Notes: generated by a model from the sequence alone, not told the origin. A stretch of DNA of 33,098 bases from Actinomycetes bacterium (GCA_030603375.1 JAUVXY010000001.1:1-33098); one strand, 5' to 3'; positions 16,454 through 26,481 are shown, counted from the stretch's first letter. A program made the numbers and translations.

Positions 16454-18646
16454 TTACTCAGAAACGACTTTTAAATCTGATCCAGGATAGGAAATTCTGG
16501 AGTGATATATAGAGATAAGACCTTCAATTAAGGTATTTTTAACTGTGCTTATTTCTTTTATTTTTATATCAGCATCATCCATCTGGCCATCTTTTAGTCT
16601 CTCTTCTACTATATCATTTACCATTTGCTCTATTTTCTTAGGGGTAACATCATCAATTGACCTAACAGCAGCTTCAGTTGAATCAGCAAGCATTAGGATA
16701 GCTGCTTCTTTGCTCTGAGGTTTTTTAGTCGGGTACCTAAAATGTCCTTTTAATCCTTCAGCAGCGCCATTTGATGCTTTAGTGGATTCTATATCTTTTT
16801 GCTTTTTATAAAAATAAGTTATCAGAGAATTTCCATGATGCTGAGAAATAATCTCTATTACTTCCTCAGGAATTTTATTTTTAATTGCTATCTCTATACC
16901 ATCCTTTATGTGATTTGCTATTACATCTCTGCTCATTGATGGATTCAAGCTGTCATGAATATTTTCAATGCCAGTTTGATTTTCATAAAAATATTCAGGC
17001 CTTTTCATCTTTCCAAGATCATGATACAGGGCAGCTACTTTTACAAGAAGTGGATCAGCTCCTATAGCCTTTGCGCTACTTTCAGCTAAATGTCCTACAA
17101 GCAGGCTATGATTATATGTGCCGGGAGCAGAAATTAAAAGTTTCTCTAAGAGCGGTTGATCAGTATGTGAAAGTTCAAGTAATCTCATAGCAGTTACTAT
17201 TCTGAATGTAGATTCAATGAACGGGAGCAGCCCTATTGTCGTAATTGTACATATAATACCATTTAGCACGCCTAACATTGTATACAGGGCTATGGTTTGC
17301 ACTTCCCCACCAATAAGATTTACAATCAAGAACAAAAATCCAAGGATAAGTGCGCTTATAAAACCAGCTTTCATCACTTCTGACCGCTGTGAAACATTTG
17401 ATACCAGGTATGTAGCAAAAATTCCACCAAGCATATAAACAAGCATAACACTGAAATCAAAATCAGTTGCTATTCCAGAAAAAATACTGAGACAAATAGT
17501 CATCATTATGCCTATACGAGAATCAAAGATAATAGTACAGAGCATTGACGCTGCAATTACTGGAAATAGATAATTCCACAGCTCAAGATGAACAGAAGAA
17601 AGAAATGTGAGCAATCTTATTATTGCAGTAAACACAACTATAATTAAAGAATTTAAGAATAATTTTTTTAAATCATTAAAGATTTTTGTGTTAAATTTGT
17701 ACACATAAAATCCAAACAAAAACAAAACTATAAAAACTATAAAAAATATATAAAAAAATCTATACCAGTTGTATTGTCTTTGCAGCAAACCTAATTTTGT
17801 CAATATTTGTATATCATTTTGGCTGACAGCTTCACCTTCGGAAACAATAACTTGTCCCTTTGTAACGCTGACAATATGAGGAGGAGTGTTTTGTTTTGCT
17901 TCTTCTTTAGCATTTTCTGTAGCTGCTGGATCAAATACAGCGGTAGGCTGAATATTTTCTCTAAGAACAGCAGTTACTATCGGTACATACTCATCATCTA
18001 TATCTTTATCATTTTTAATAAGTTCTATGGTTTCATTTTTTACAAAATCTAATTCTGTAGGTCTAATTTCATCCCTCATTACCTGCCTTGCAATCTCCTG
18101 AGTTTTCTCTGCGAGAAAATTATTTTCCTCTATAGGCAGCTCCAGAACAGATGAAATAATTGGCTCTGGATATACATTCCCAAGCATGTTAGACAGATAC
18201 TCAACCCTTTCCTCAAAAGAAATATCATCTTTTTTCTGAACAATCCTGGCCAATGTATAAAAATATTTAATTTGGTAAAGAGCTCCTTCCTCACCGCTTA
18301 ATATATTTACATCATATTTATATACGTCTTCTACTTCAGCCACATTTTTACTTCTATCTTCTTCTGTTTTTTCTATATCCTCAAAATCTACATTTCTGCT
18401 TGCTTTGATTGTACGGGGACTTGCTTTACCAATCTCTACTCCAATATTAGGGGTATAATTATAGGAAAGAATAGTAATTACAAGTGCTGCAGTCAAAACA
18501 AATAAATATAACCTCTGGGCATACTTGCTTCTAAAAGAAAGATATTTACGGAAAAACCCTATGGCCTTTTTATTATTGTTGTTGCCATTTTTGGGCTTTA
18601 TAATTTCTTTAGTCTTATTTATTATTTTTCTATTTCTTGCTACCAT
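16454..18646 (-). CDS. pgpH: 7TM-HD membrane phosphohydrolase (PgpH/YqfF-type, cyclic-di-AMP phosphodiesterase family)
   Basis: 730 aa. N-terminal anchor plus extracellular domain, a central block of about 7 TM helices, and a C-terminal HD domain (HSLLVGH...LYHDLGKM). Lies between phoH and ybeY as in Bacillus. Confidence 0.85.
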   Translation of the reverse strand: MVARNRKIINKTKEIIKPKNGNNNNKKAIGFFRKYLSFRSKYAQRLYLFVLTAALVITILSYNYTPNIGVEIGKASPRTIKASRNVDFEDIEKTEEDRSKNVAEVEDVYKYDVNILSGEEGALYQIKYFYTLARIVQKKDDISFEERVEYLSNMLGNVYPEPIISSVLELPIEENNFLAEKTQEIARQVMRDEIRPTELDFVKNETIELIKNDKDIDDEYVPIVTAVLRENIQPTAVFDPAATENAKEEAKQNTPPHIVSVTKGQVIVSEGEAVSQNDIQILTKLGLLQRQYNWYRFFYIFFIVFIVLFLFGFYVYKFNTKIFNDLKKLFLNSLIIVVFTAIIRLLTFLSSVHLELWNYLFPVIAASMLCTIIFDSRIGIMMTICLSIFSGIATDFDFSVMLVYMLGGIFATYLVSNVSQRSEVMKAGFISALILGFLFLIVNLIGGEVQTIALYTMLGVLNGIICTITTIGLLPFIESTFRIVTAMRLLELSHTDQPLLEKLLISAPGTYNHSLLVGHLAESSAKAIGADPLLVKVAALYHDLGKMKRPEYFYENQTGIENIHDSLNPSMSRDVIANHIKDGIEIAIKNKIPEEVIEIISQHHGNSLITYFYKKQKDIESTKASNGAAEGLKGHFRYPTKKPQSKEAAILMLADSTEAAVRSIDDVTPKKIEQMVNDIVEERLKDGQMDDADIKIKEISTVKNTLIEGLISIYHSRISYPGSDLKVVSE

Positions 18647-19613
18647 TCTTTAAATCTTCCTCATATGCTTTGTAAGCATTCACTATCTTCTGAACTAATG
18701 TGTGCCTTACAATATCCTTAGAAGTAAGATACACAAATTCTATTCCAGGAACATTCTCCAGTATTTTTCTTACTAAAATAAGCCCTGATTTCTTTTCTAC
18801 TGGTAAATCTACCTGAGTGATATCTCCCGTTACCACAATTTTGGAACCAAATCCTAATCGTGTAAGGAACATCTTCATCTGTTCGGGAGAGGCATTTTGT
18901 GCCTCATCAAGAATAATAAAAGAATCATTCAGGGTGCGCCCTCTCATATAAGCAAGCGGAACCACTTCTATGATGCCCATGTCCATATACTGTTGAAATA
19001 TTTCAATATCTACCATTTCATATAAAGCATCGTAGAGAGGCCTGAGGTAAGGGTTTACTTTATCATAAATGTCACCCGGTAAGTATCCCAGCTTTTCGCC
19101 AGCTTCAACTACCGGCTTCACTAAAACTATTCTCCCAATTTCATTTTTTTCAAGTGCATTTACAGCCATGGCCAGAGCTAAATAAGTCTTCCCGGTACCG
19201 GCAGGGCCTATACTAAATACAATGGTATTTTCTTTAATAGCCTCAACATATTTCTGCTGACCTTCAGTGCGTGGCTTAATTTTTTTACCACTGCTTACTG
19301 TAATAAGATTATTGAATATTTCATGTGGGGTTAATATTGACTTGCTTTCCATAATCCTTATTGAATCATCAATTTTCTGAGCATTTATTTGTTGTCCAAG
19401 ATTAATCTGCAGAGTTAGCTCATTAAGTAATTTTTTTACTTTATTAACATTTTTGCTTTTACCTGCTACTTCGATATCATTGCCTAATACAAAAACTTCT
19501 ACATTATATTCTTTTTCTATCAGCCTGATCAGCTTATCTCTATCTCCAAGTAATTCTGCAATTGAATGGCCCCCCACAAAATCAAGGGTGAATTTTTGTT
19601 TGGTAATAGACAA
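18630..19613 (-). CDS. phoH: PhoH family ATPase
   Basis: 327 aa. Walker A GPAGTGKTYLA and Walker B ILDEAQN. Overlaps the pgpH start by 17 nt. Confidence 0.9.
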   Translation of the reverse strand: MSITKQKFTLDFVGGHSIAELLGDRDKLIRLIEKEYNVEVFVLGNDIEVAGKSKNVNKVKKLLNELTLQINLGQQINAQKIDDSIRIMESKSILTPHEIFNNLITVSSGKKIKPRTEGQQKYVEAIKENTIVFSIGPAGTGKTYLALAMAVNALEKNEIGRIVLVKPVVEAGEKLGYLPGDIYDKVNPYLRPLYDALYEMVDIEIFQQYMDMGIIEVVPLAYMRGRTLNDSFIILDEAQNASPEQMKMFLTRLGFGSKIVVTGDITQVDLPVEKKSGLILVRKILENVPGIEFVYLTSKDIVRHTLVQKIVNAYKAYEEDLKNGSKK

Positions 19614-19685
19614 AATTTACACTCCTCTTAAAAATTACACTTAACCGGCTATTTTACATAACAGCTAAATTTATTTTTATCATCC

Positions 19686-20030
19686 TTAGCCGGGAGGCCA
19701 TCCAAATTTTCTTTTGCCCATGATATGAAAATGTAAGTGCTCCACACTCTGACCTGCGCCGATTCCTGTATTTGTCACTATCCTAAATCCATCTTTACTC
19801 AGCTCATAATTTTTAGCTATCTTTACAACCATGTCCATCATCTCTTTAATCGTATCATAACCAAGCTCTTCTATTTCCATGATAGACTTTACGTGTTTTT
19901 TAGGGACCATTAGAAAATGAACTGGCGCTTTTGGATTTATATCCTTGAATACAAGAACATTATCAGTCTCATAAACAATACTGCTATCTATTTCCTTATT
20001 TATAATTTTACAAAAAAGACAATTTTCCAT
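19686..20030 (-). CDS. histidine triad (HIT) nucleotide-binding protein
   Basis: 114 aa. HIT motif HLHFHIMG and N-terminal CLFCKI. Confidence 0.9.
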   Translation of the reverse strand: MENCLFCKIINKEIDSSIVYETDNVLVFKDINPKAPVHFLMVPKKHVKSIMEIEELGYDTIKEMMDMVVKIAKNYELSKDGFRIVTNTGIGAGQSVEHLHFHIMGKRKFGWPPG

Positions 20031-20090
20031 AATATTACTGCCTCACAAATATATATATTTTACCACCAAACCGCAAATTATACTCTATTT

Positions 20091-21464
20091 TTAGATTTTT
20101 ACAACAAATGCGCAGGTGCCCGCATCCCTCCAGGTTTTGTGCATCTTCCCAATTAACCCATCCTCATATACTGATTCTATTTTAACTTCAACCAATTTTC
20201 CCTTCTTTAAAATTTCAGCATTACTGCAATCTAATGGGAAATAAACTTTAACATAATTCTCAGAGGTCCCGGCTGCAATCCTTTTCTCCTTATCCACTTT
20301 TTCTGTAACTACCTTAAAAAATTTACCGACACCATTTCTTATGTAATCATTTCTTAGCTTGCTGCCAATCTCTCTTAAAAACTTGCTCCTTTCAGATTTA
20401 ACACTTTCTGCCACCTGTCCCCCCATACTGTAAGCTTCTGTATGCATCCTCCTGGAATATTTGAAGACATGCAGCTTACTGAAAGAAACTTTTTTTATCA
20501 AGTCCACAGTCTGTATAAAATCTTCTTCACTCTCATGAGGAAACCCAACGATAACATCGGTCGTTATCGCTATATCCGGAACAGACTTTTTAATGGATTC
20601 CACCATATTTAAAAAATAGCCGCTACTGTAAGGTCTTTTCATAAGTTCTAAGATCTTATCGCTCCCGCTTTGAAGAGGTATGTGAAGATGAGGCGCAATT
20701 CTACCACTTTCTCTAATTAAATCAGTAATCCTGCTGTCAACTTCACTTATTTCGATGGAACCCAATCTTATTCTTTTTATACTTGAAGACTCTATAATTT
20801 TTTCAAGCAAATCTGCCAAATCACTGGCATTTCTGTCACCACTGCAAGTCTCTGCATTAATATCTGCAGCATACTTTCCAATATGAATTCCTGTAAGCAC
20901 GACTTCATCAAAACCTGCTGCAGCTAAATTTCTAATTTGTGCCAAAACTAGCTCATCAGGTGTACTCCTGTAGCCTCCCCTCACTTTGGGGATTATGCAG
21001 TAACTGCAATTCTGTTCACACCCATCCTGAATTTTTACCAGTGCTCTGCTATGAACTAAGTTTTGGAATTTCTTATTCCCAGAACTTGCAGCCAAACCAG
21101 TTTTTGCATTCCACCTTCTGCGTGCTAACTCCTCAAGCACAGAAGGAATGCTGTATTTGTCCTTATTTTTTACAATGCAGTCAACTCCGCTGTCCAGCAA
21201 AAACTTCTCGTTAAAAACAGCATAGCATCCAGTCACAATCACCGTGCTTAAAGGAGAATTTGATTTTATTCTCCTTACAATCTGTCTTACTTTCCTATCA
21301 CTTTGGGAAGTTACCGTACAGGTATTAATAATACAAAAATCAGGGCCATCGCTATACTTTACAAGCTTAAATCCCCTGTCCGATAATTCTTTTATAATAT
21401 AATCTGATTCACTTAGATTGGTTTTGCATCCGAGCGTGTTTATTGAAAATTTTATATCAATCAT
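20091..21464 (-). CDS. mtaB: radical-SAM methylthiotransferase, MtaB-type (tRNA ms2t6A37)
   Basis: 457 aa. MTTase N-domain NTLGCKTN, radical-SAM CEQNCSYC, and a C-terminal TRAM-like region. The gene order dnaJ-rsmE-mtaB matches Bacillus yqeV. Confidence 0.82.
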   Translation of the reverse strand: MIDIKFSINTLGCKTNLSESDYIIKELSDRGFKLVKYSDGPDFCIINTCTVTSQSDRKVRQIVRRIKSNSPLSTVIVTGCYAVFNEKFLLDSGVDCIVKNKDKYSIPSVLEELARRRWNAKTGLAASSGNKKFQNLVHSRALVKIQDGCEQNCSYCIIPKVRGGYRSTPDELVLAQIRNLAAAGFDEVVLTGIHIGKYAADINAETCSGDRNASDLADLLEKIIESSSIKRIRLGSIEISEVDSRITDLIRESGRIAPHLHIPLQSGSDKILELMKRPYSSGYFLNMVESIKKSVPDIAITTDVIVGFPHESEEDFIQTVDLIKKVSFSKLHVFKYSRRMHTEAYSMGGQVAESVKSERSKFLREIGSKLRNDYIRNGVGKFFKVVTEKVDKEKRIAAGTSENYVKVYFPLDCSNAEILKKGKLVEVKIESVYEDGLIGKMHKTWRDAGTCAFVVKI

Positions 21465-22222
21465 TTTTTGCTTTTATTACCCAAAATATAATCTACTATA
21501 GATAAAAAATAAACTGAGGCAGTTTCTGATCTTAATATTTTCTTGCCAAAATTTACTGCAATAGCTCCGCTTTTTTTAAAAAACGATACTTCTTTTTCTT
21601 CAAAACCACCTTCTGGACCTATTATGTACCCGATACTTTTAGCACTACTTATTTTGCTGCCAGTACTGCCCAATATGTCAGGATAATTTATTTCCTTGTT
21701 TTTTACCCTGTCATAAACCTCATATGGAATATAGAAAACATCAAATTCCGGTGCTTCAACATTGTAAATATTTACAGAGGGAGATATTTTACATATAAAA
21801 TCCCTCTTACACTGTTTTGATGACTCTTCAGCAATTTTTTGCCATCGCTTAATTTTATTTTCTATCTTTTTATTATTTACTATAACCCTGCTGCTGAAAA
21901 CCGGGACAATTCTATCAATACCTATCTCAACTGTTTTCTGGATTGCAATCTCCATGGCATTCTTCTTAAGGATGCACTGAAACAAAACTATTTGCGGTAG
22001 TATCCTAAAAATTTTTATTCTTTCTCTAATTAGTAGCGTAACTTTAGATCTGTTCACACCTGTGACTTCGGTTCTATACCTATACTTATTATTATCTGAT
22101 ACCTCTACGCGGTCACCTTTTCTTATCCTTAGAACATTTATCAGATGATTTAATTCTTCTTTAACTATTATCTCGTTTCCGGTAACACCGTCTTTTTTTA
22201 TAAAAAAATAAGGATAACTCAT
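21461..22222 (-). CDS. rsmE: 16S rRNA (uracil1498-N3)-methyltransferase
   Basis: 253 aa. C-terminal SPOUT motif IIGPEGGFEEKEV...LGKKILRSETA. Its stop overlaps the mtaB start (ATGA). Confidence 0.85.
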   Translation of the reverse strand: MSYPYFFIKKDGVTGNEIIVKEELNHLINVLRIRKGDRVEVSDNNKYRYRTEVTGVNRSKVTLLIRERIKIFRILPQIVLFQCILKKNAMEIAIQKTVEIGIDRIVPVFSSRVIVNNKKIENKIKRWQKIAEESSKQCKRDFICKISPSVNIYNVEAPEFDVFYIPYEVYDRVKNKEINYPDILGSTGSKISSAKSIGYIIGPEGGFEEKEVSFFKKSGAIAVNFGKKILRSETASVYFLSIVDYILGNKSKK

Positions 22223-22378
22223 TTTGCTTATATATATTTACTACCTGTGTTTTTAAATAAATTATTAATAAGAAAAAAGATGGTCAAACTTTTGTAATAG
22301 GATTATTCAGTTTGCTAAAAATTAATTAGACTTAAAATAAAATTCCAGCAAATAAGAATTTGCCAATGGAACGAGCTG

Positions 22379-23518
22379 CTATTTTTTAAAAGCATTCTTA
22401 ACATTTGAAAAGAAACTGCTGGCTGCATCGCCCGTTATTTCTTCTCTTCCCTCAGCAAATCTTTTTAGAAGTTCTACTTCTTCATGAGTAAGTTTTGTTG
22501 GAATTTTTACATTTACGCCTATGATGTGATCTCCTCTTCTGTATCCATTAAGGTGCACCATGCCTCTGGATCTGAGAATTATTTTTGTCCCAGGCTGGGT
22601 CCCGGGTTTTATTATTATTTCCTCTTCACCATCAAGCGTGTCTGCCACAAGCTTGCAGCCAAGTGCAGCCTGGGCAAATGATATATCAACACTGGATATA
22701 ACGTCATCCCCAACTCTTTTAAAGCCATGGAGAGCATTTACTCTTACAGTAATAAAAAGATCTCCGCTAGTAGACCTTATTCCGCCACTATTTCCTTTTC
22801 CTACAACTCTAAGCCTGTCTCCATCATGAATACCAGCAGGAATATCTACTTTTACTTTTTTCATTTTTCTATAATAACCATTCCCTCCACATTTTTTGCA
22901 TGGATCTTTTATTATTTTTCCTGTCCCCTGGCAATTTTTGCATGTAGATGTTGTTATTATGTTGCCAATAAAAGTTTGCCTTGTGCTTCTTACCTGCCCT
23001 GTGCCCCTGCATACGCTGCAAGTTTCAGTTCCCTTCTCATCTGCGCTTCCTTTGCCGCTGCAAACTTCACATATATCATTTGCAAGATATTCTACCTCTT
23101 TCTTTACACCAAATGCAGATTCTTTAAAAGTGCACGTAACATCAATATTAATATCTGAGCCCCTGCTTTGTCTTCCGCTCCTGTGCCTTGCAGAGAAACC
23201 TCCGCCAAAACTGCTCCCAAAAAATGCATCAAACACATCGCCAAAGCCAAACTCAGAAAATACACTATTTGGATCAAAATTTTCAAATAAATTCCTGCTG
23301 AACCCAAATTGATCATACTGCCTTCTTTTTTCTTCGTTGCTCAAAACAGCATAAGCCTCAGAAATTTCCTTGAATTTTTCTTCTGACCCTTTATCGCCAT
23401 TATTCACATCAGGATGATACTTCCGAGCCAGTTTCCTATATGTTTTTTTTATCTCACTTAGACTGCTGTCCCTTGAAACTCCCAAAACTTCATAATAATC
23501 TCTTTTACCAGAAGCCAA
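22379..23518 (-). CDS. dnaJ: molecular chaperone DnaJ
   Basis: J domain DYYEVLGV...KYHPDVN, a G/F-rich linker, and four CxxCxGxG zinc motifs (CEVCSGKG, CSVCRGTG, CKNCQGTG, CKKCGGNG). I prefer the TTG at 23518 (MASGKRDYYE, GAGGTGA 5 nt upstream) over the track's GTG at 23527. Confidence 0.93.
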   Translation of the reverse strand: MASGKRDYYEVLGVSRDSSLSEIKKTYRKLARKYHPDVNNGDKGSEEKFKEISEAYAVLSNEEKRRQYDQFGFSRNLFENFDPNSVFSEFGFGDVFDAFFGSSFGGGFSARHRSGRQSRGSDINIDVTCTFKESAFGVKKEVEYLANDICEVCSGKGSADEKGTETCSVCRGTGQVRSTRQTFIGNIITTSTCKNCQGTGKIIKDPCKKCGGNGYYRKMKKVKVDIPAGIHDGDRLRVVGKGNSGGIRSTSGDLFITVRVNALHGFKRVGDDVISSVDISFAQAALGCKLVADTLDGEEEIIIKPGTQPGTKIILRSRGMVHLNGYRRGDHIIGVNVKIPTKLTHEEVELLKRFAEGREEITGDAASSFFSNVKNAFKK

Positions 23519-23616
23519 TATAATCACCTCAAAAAAATAAAACTAAAAAATATATAACAAAATTCAAGAAATAATAGCTTATTTTGATTAATTTTTCCAG
23601 TCCTGCCTTTAAACTT

Positions 23617-24657
23617 TTATTCCCTGGAACTTAAAATGCCAGACAGGTCTCTACTAAAAATACTCAAAATATTTATAACCTTATTGTAATCCATCCTCTT
23701 GGGACCTAAAATACCTATGGTACCGGTAGAATCACTGCAGACCTTGTATCTGGATGCAACCAGGCTCAGGCCATCTGTTCCCTCTTCTGATATCTCAGAT
23801 CCAATTTTTACTGTAACCTCTTTTTCCCGGGAGAGATTCATAAATAATCTCATAAGCAAATATTCATTTCTAATTACACTTAAGACACCGTGAATCTTTT
23901 TTAAATCTATAAACTCTGGCTGCTGCAAAACTTCATAAGCTCCATAAATAAAAAACCTGTTATATGCAAAACTGTCCTCTTCCCAGTTTTTTATCAATCT
24001 TATTACCTTATTTATCAGCAGTACTAAATAAGCATCGTTTTCTGGAATCTTAACGCTGCCTGCATCGATGTCTTTTATGTTTTTTTCTCTAAGCTGCAAG
24101 TTTAATATATTTGCCACTCTTTGCAGGTCTAAATTATTATAATTGCTGCCTGCAGCGAATTTCTTTTTGCAAACTCTTCCCGTATCTGTAATCAAAATTA
24201 AAAGCAAATTATCTTCCTGAAATTTCAACAGCTCAATATGCCTTAATTTACTCTGATAAATAGTAGGTGCTACTATCATGGACAAGTAATTTGTAACCCT
24301 TGAAAGCAACTCAGAAGCTTTCTGAAAGATAGCCTCTATCTCCATGCTCTCGTTTACAACTAATTTAATAGATGGAATATCTTTTTTAGCTTTAATGCTG
24401 AGGTTTAACTTTCTATGAGCAAGATTGTCAACATAATACCTATAGCCTTTGTCTGTTGGCACTTTACCGGCAGAAGTATGAGGATGAGCCAAATAGCCCA
24501 GCTCTTCAAGATCCGCCATTTCTTTTCTAATTGTGGCAGAACTTAATTCTAAATCTAAATTTTTAGAAACTTCTTGTGAAGAAACAGGCTCCGCTTTTTC
24601 TATAAATTTTATGACTACTCTATTTAATATTTTCCTTTTTCTTTCCACAAGTTCCAT
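23617..24657 (-). CDS. hrcA: heat-inducible transcription repressor HrcA
   Basis: About 346 aa. N-terminal wHTH (ILNRVVIKFIEKAEPVSSQEVS), the region YLAHPHTSAGKVPTDKGYRYYVD, and C-terminal GTIGILGPKRMDY. The ATG at 24657 (GGTGGAG 6 nt upstream) is preferred over the track's TTG at 24672. Confidence 0.9.
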   Translation of the reverse strand: MELVERKRKILNRVVIKFIEKAEPVSSQEVSKNLDLELSSATIRKEMADLEELGYLAHPHTSAGKVPTDKGYRYYVDNLAHRKLNLSIKAKKDIPSIKLVVNESMEIEAIFQKASELLSRVTNYLSMIVAPTIYQSKLRHIELLKFQEDNLLLILITDTGRVCKKKFAAGSNYNNLDLQRVANILNLQLREKNIKDIDAGSVKIPENDAYLVLLINKVIRLIKNWEEDSFAYNRFFIYGAYEVLQQPEFIDLKKIHGVLSVIRNEYLLMRLFMNLSREKEVTVKIGSEISEEGTDGLSLVASRYKVCSDSTGTIGILGPKRMDYNKVINILSIFSRDLSGILSSRE

Positions 24658-24753
24658 ATCTTTCTCCACCAACCCTTACTTGACAACTTATTTTTACCAT
24701 GTTACTATGCTTTAGTACTTTTTGCCTAATATAAATTTTAGGCAGTAAAGTTA

Positions 24754-24781
24754 TTTGCATAAAAATTCTCCTATATATTAT
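24754..24781 (+). promoter_or_regulatory. candidate promoter of the thiamine operon
   Basis: TTTGCA (24754-24759), a 16-nt spacer and TATTAT (24776-24781). The -10 element is about 30 nt upstream of the riboswitch. Confidence 0.3.
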
Positions 24782-24811
24782 AGAAGAATTTCTTTGAAAA
24801 TTAAATACTAA

Positions 24812-24908
24812 CAAAAACTTAGGGGAGCTCATCAAGCTGAGAGGACAGCAATACCATCTGTCGACCCTTTGAACCTGGCCTAGGTAATTCTAGTGTAGGA
24901 AAAATTAT
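24812..24908 (+). promoter_or_regulatory. TPP (THI-box) riboswitch aptamer
   Basis: The conserved blocks appear in order: AGGGGAGC, GCTGAGAGG, ACCCTTTGAACCTG, CCTAGGTAATTCTAGTGTAGGAA. It sits directly upstream of thiamine genes. The P1 boundaries are approximate. Confidence 0.88.
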
Positions 24909-24918
24909 TGATACTATG

Positions 24919-24960
24919 AAAACTACTAATCATTACCCTGGTTGGTAGTTTTTTATTTTT
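24919..24960 (+). terminator. riboswitch expression platform: intrinsic terminator
   Basis: AAAACTACTAA (24919-24929) pairs with TTGGTAGTTTT (24942-24952), an 11-bp stem with one G-U. It is followed by TTTTATTTTT, immediately before the thiN RBS AGGAGAGG (24961-24968). Confidence 0.7.
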
Positions 24961-24971
24961 AGGAGAGGTAT

Positions 24972-25646
24972 ATGAATATAGTAAAAAGTAAAAAAGCAGT
25001 TGTAATCACAAATGGTTATATAAAAAATCCTTTGTATACATACAAGAGAATAACCGCAGAATACGGATTTAGCGCCAAGGATATTGTAATCGCAGCCGAC
25101 GGCGGAGCTGCCAACTGCCTAAAAATGGGTCTGGTCCCGGATATAGTAATAGGGGATATGGACAGCATAGAAGATGAAGTCAGGGAAAAGCTTGATTTAA
25201 AATCAAATAATATAAAATATATACAGACCACTTGTGAAAAAGATGAAAGCGATACAAGGCTGGCTGTTGAGTACGCAGTAAATGCTGGTGCAAAAAAAAT
25301 AATTATAGCTGGAGCTATAGGAGACAGGCTGGATCATAGCTTCGCAAATTTAGTTCTACTCTCATCTCCTTTTCCGGAAGATGTAGATATAAAAATCTTA
25401 ACTGACAACAGTGAAATATTTGTAGTTAAAAATTCATGCGTTATCAATGGACAAATTGGAAAATTAATTTCTATTTTTTCTTTAACTCCATATACATTTT
25501 TTATAGAAACAAGCGGATTAAAATACAGGCTCAAAAATGAAAAATTACTTCTCAGCCCTGTGAGAGGATTGAGCAATATTTTTACCGAAGACACTGCAAC
25601 AATAAATATAAAGGAAGGCCAGCTGCTCATAATTAAGGAATTATAG
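24972..25646 (+). CDS. thiN: thiamine pyrophosphokinase
   Basis: 224 aa. Motifs ADGGA, DIVIGDMDS, KDESDTRLA and GAIGDRLDH, plus a C-terminal thiamine-binding beta domain. Confidence 0.85.
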   Translation: MNIVKSKKAVVITNGYIKNPLYTYKRITAEYGFSAKDIVIAADGGAANCLKMGLVPDIVIGDMDSIEDEVREKLDLKSNNIKYIQTTCEKDESDTRLAVEYAVNAGAKKIIIAGAIGDRLDHSFANLVLLSSPFPEDVDIKILTDNSEIFVVKNSCVINGQIGKLISIFSLTPYTFFIETSGLKYRLKNEKLLLSPVRGLSNIFTEDTATINIKEGQLLIIKEL

Positions 25647-25671
25647 ATAATTAAGGATTGTAAACAAAAAG

Positions 25672-26436
25672 ATGAAAAAAAATATTAAAAATAAATTTTA
25701 TCCAATAATTTTCTTTACAGCACTTTTACTGATATGGGAAGGTATTTCAAGGCTTAAAGTTTTTCCACCGTTTATACTCCCCTCTCCAAGCAGTATATTG
25801 GTTAGCCTTGTCACTAATTTTACTTCAATGCAGCATCATGTATTGATAACCTTATATGAGGCAATTATTGGTTTTATTATTGCCATATTACTATCTTTAA
25901 CAATGGCAATAGCTATGGATTCTATTATTGGTTTTAAAAAAACATTATATCCAATACTTATTATTTCTCAGACGATACCTATTATAATAATTGCCCCTCT
26001 TTTTATTATATGGTTTGGCTATGGCTATACTCCCAAAATAGTTATAGTTACACTTATATGTTTCTTTCCCATAACTATCAGCCTGATGCAGGGGCTTGCT
26101 ACTGTTGATAAAGAACTGATTGACTTGCTCAAATCAATGGGATCAAACAAAATTCAAATATATAAATTTGTAAAGATGCCCTCATCAATGCCAAGCTTTT
26201 TTTCAGGTTTGAAGATAGCTGCAACCTATAGCATTATGGGTGCAACAATTGGTGAATGGGTCGGTGGCAAAAATGGTCTGGGAGTGTACATGATCAGGGC
26301 CAAACAATCATTTGCAACAGATAGAGTTTTTGCAGCAATAATAATCATTACAGTATTAAGTATTTTACTATTAAAAATAATAGAGTTTGCTGAGAAAAAA
26401 TACATGCCATGGTTAAAATTTTCTAAGGAAACCTGA
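25672..26436 (+). CDS. ABC transporter permease (NitT/TauT family, ThiX-like)
   Basis: 254 aa with about 6 TM segments, matching the BPD-transport inner-membrane component pattern. Operon context with an NMT1/THI5-like binding protein. Confidence 0.8.
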   Translation: MKKNIKNKFYPIIFFTALLLIWEGISRLKVFPPFILPSPSSILVSLVTNFTSMQHHVLITLYEAIIGFIIAILLSLTMAIAMDSIIGFKKTLYPILIISQTIPIIIIAPLFIIWFGYGYTPKIVIVTLICFFPITISLMQGLATVDKELIDLLKSMGSNKIQIYKFVKMPSSMPSFFSGLKIAATYSIMGATIGEWVGGKNGLGVYMIRAKQSFATDRVFAAIIIITVLSILLLKIIEFAEKKYMPWLKFSKET

Positions 26437-26481
26437 CCTATATTGAATAACAAAATAAAAAACAAAAAAGGAGACAAACAA

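Noticed and set aside
24711-24750. A canonical CIRCE operator upstream of hrcA
   Set aside because: Only a 7/9 half-site (TTAGTACTT) is present, with no matching partner 9 nt away. The inverted repeat that is present (TGCCTAA-N8-TTAGGCA) has a different sequence. It is reported as an open question rather than annotated as CIRCE.
24620-24835. A 71-aa minus-strand ORF in the hrcA / thi-operon intergenic region
   Set aside because: It overlaps the hrcA 5' end and the promoter region and runs antisense into the TPP riboswitch. It has no RBS and a low-complexity sequence, so it is spurious.
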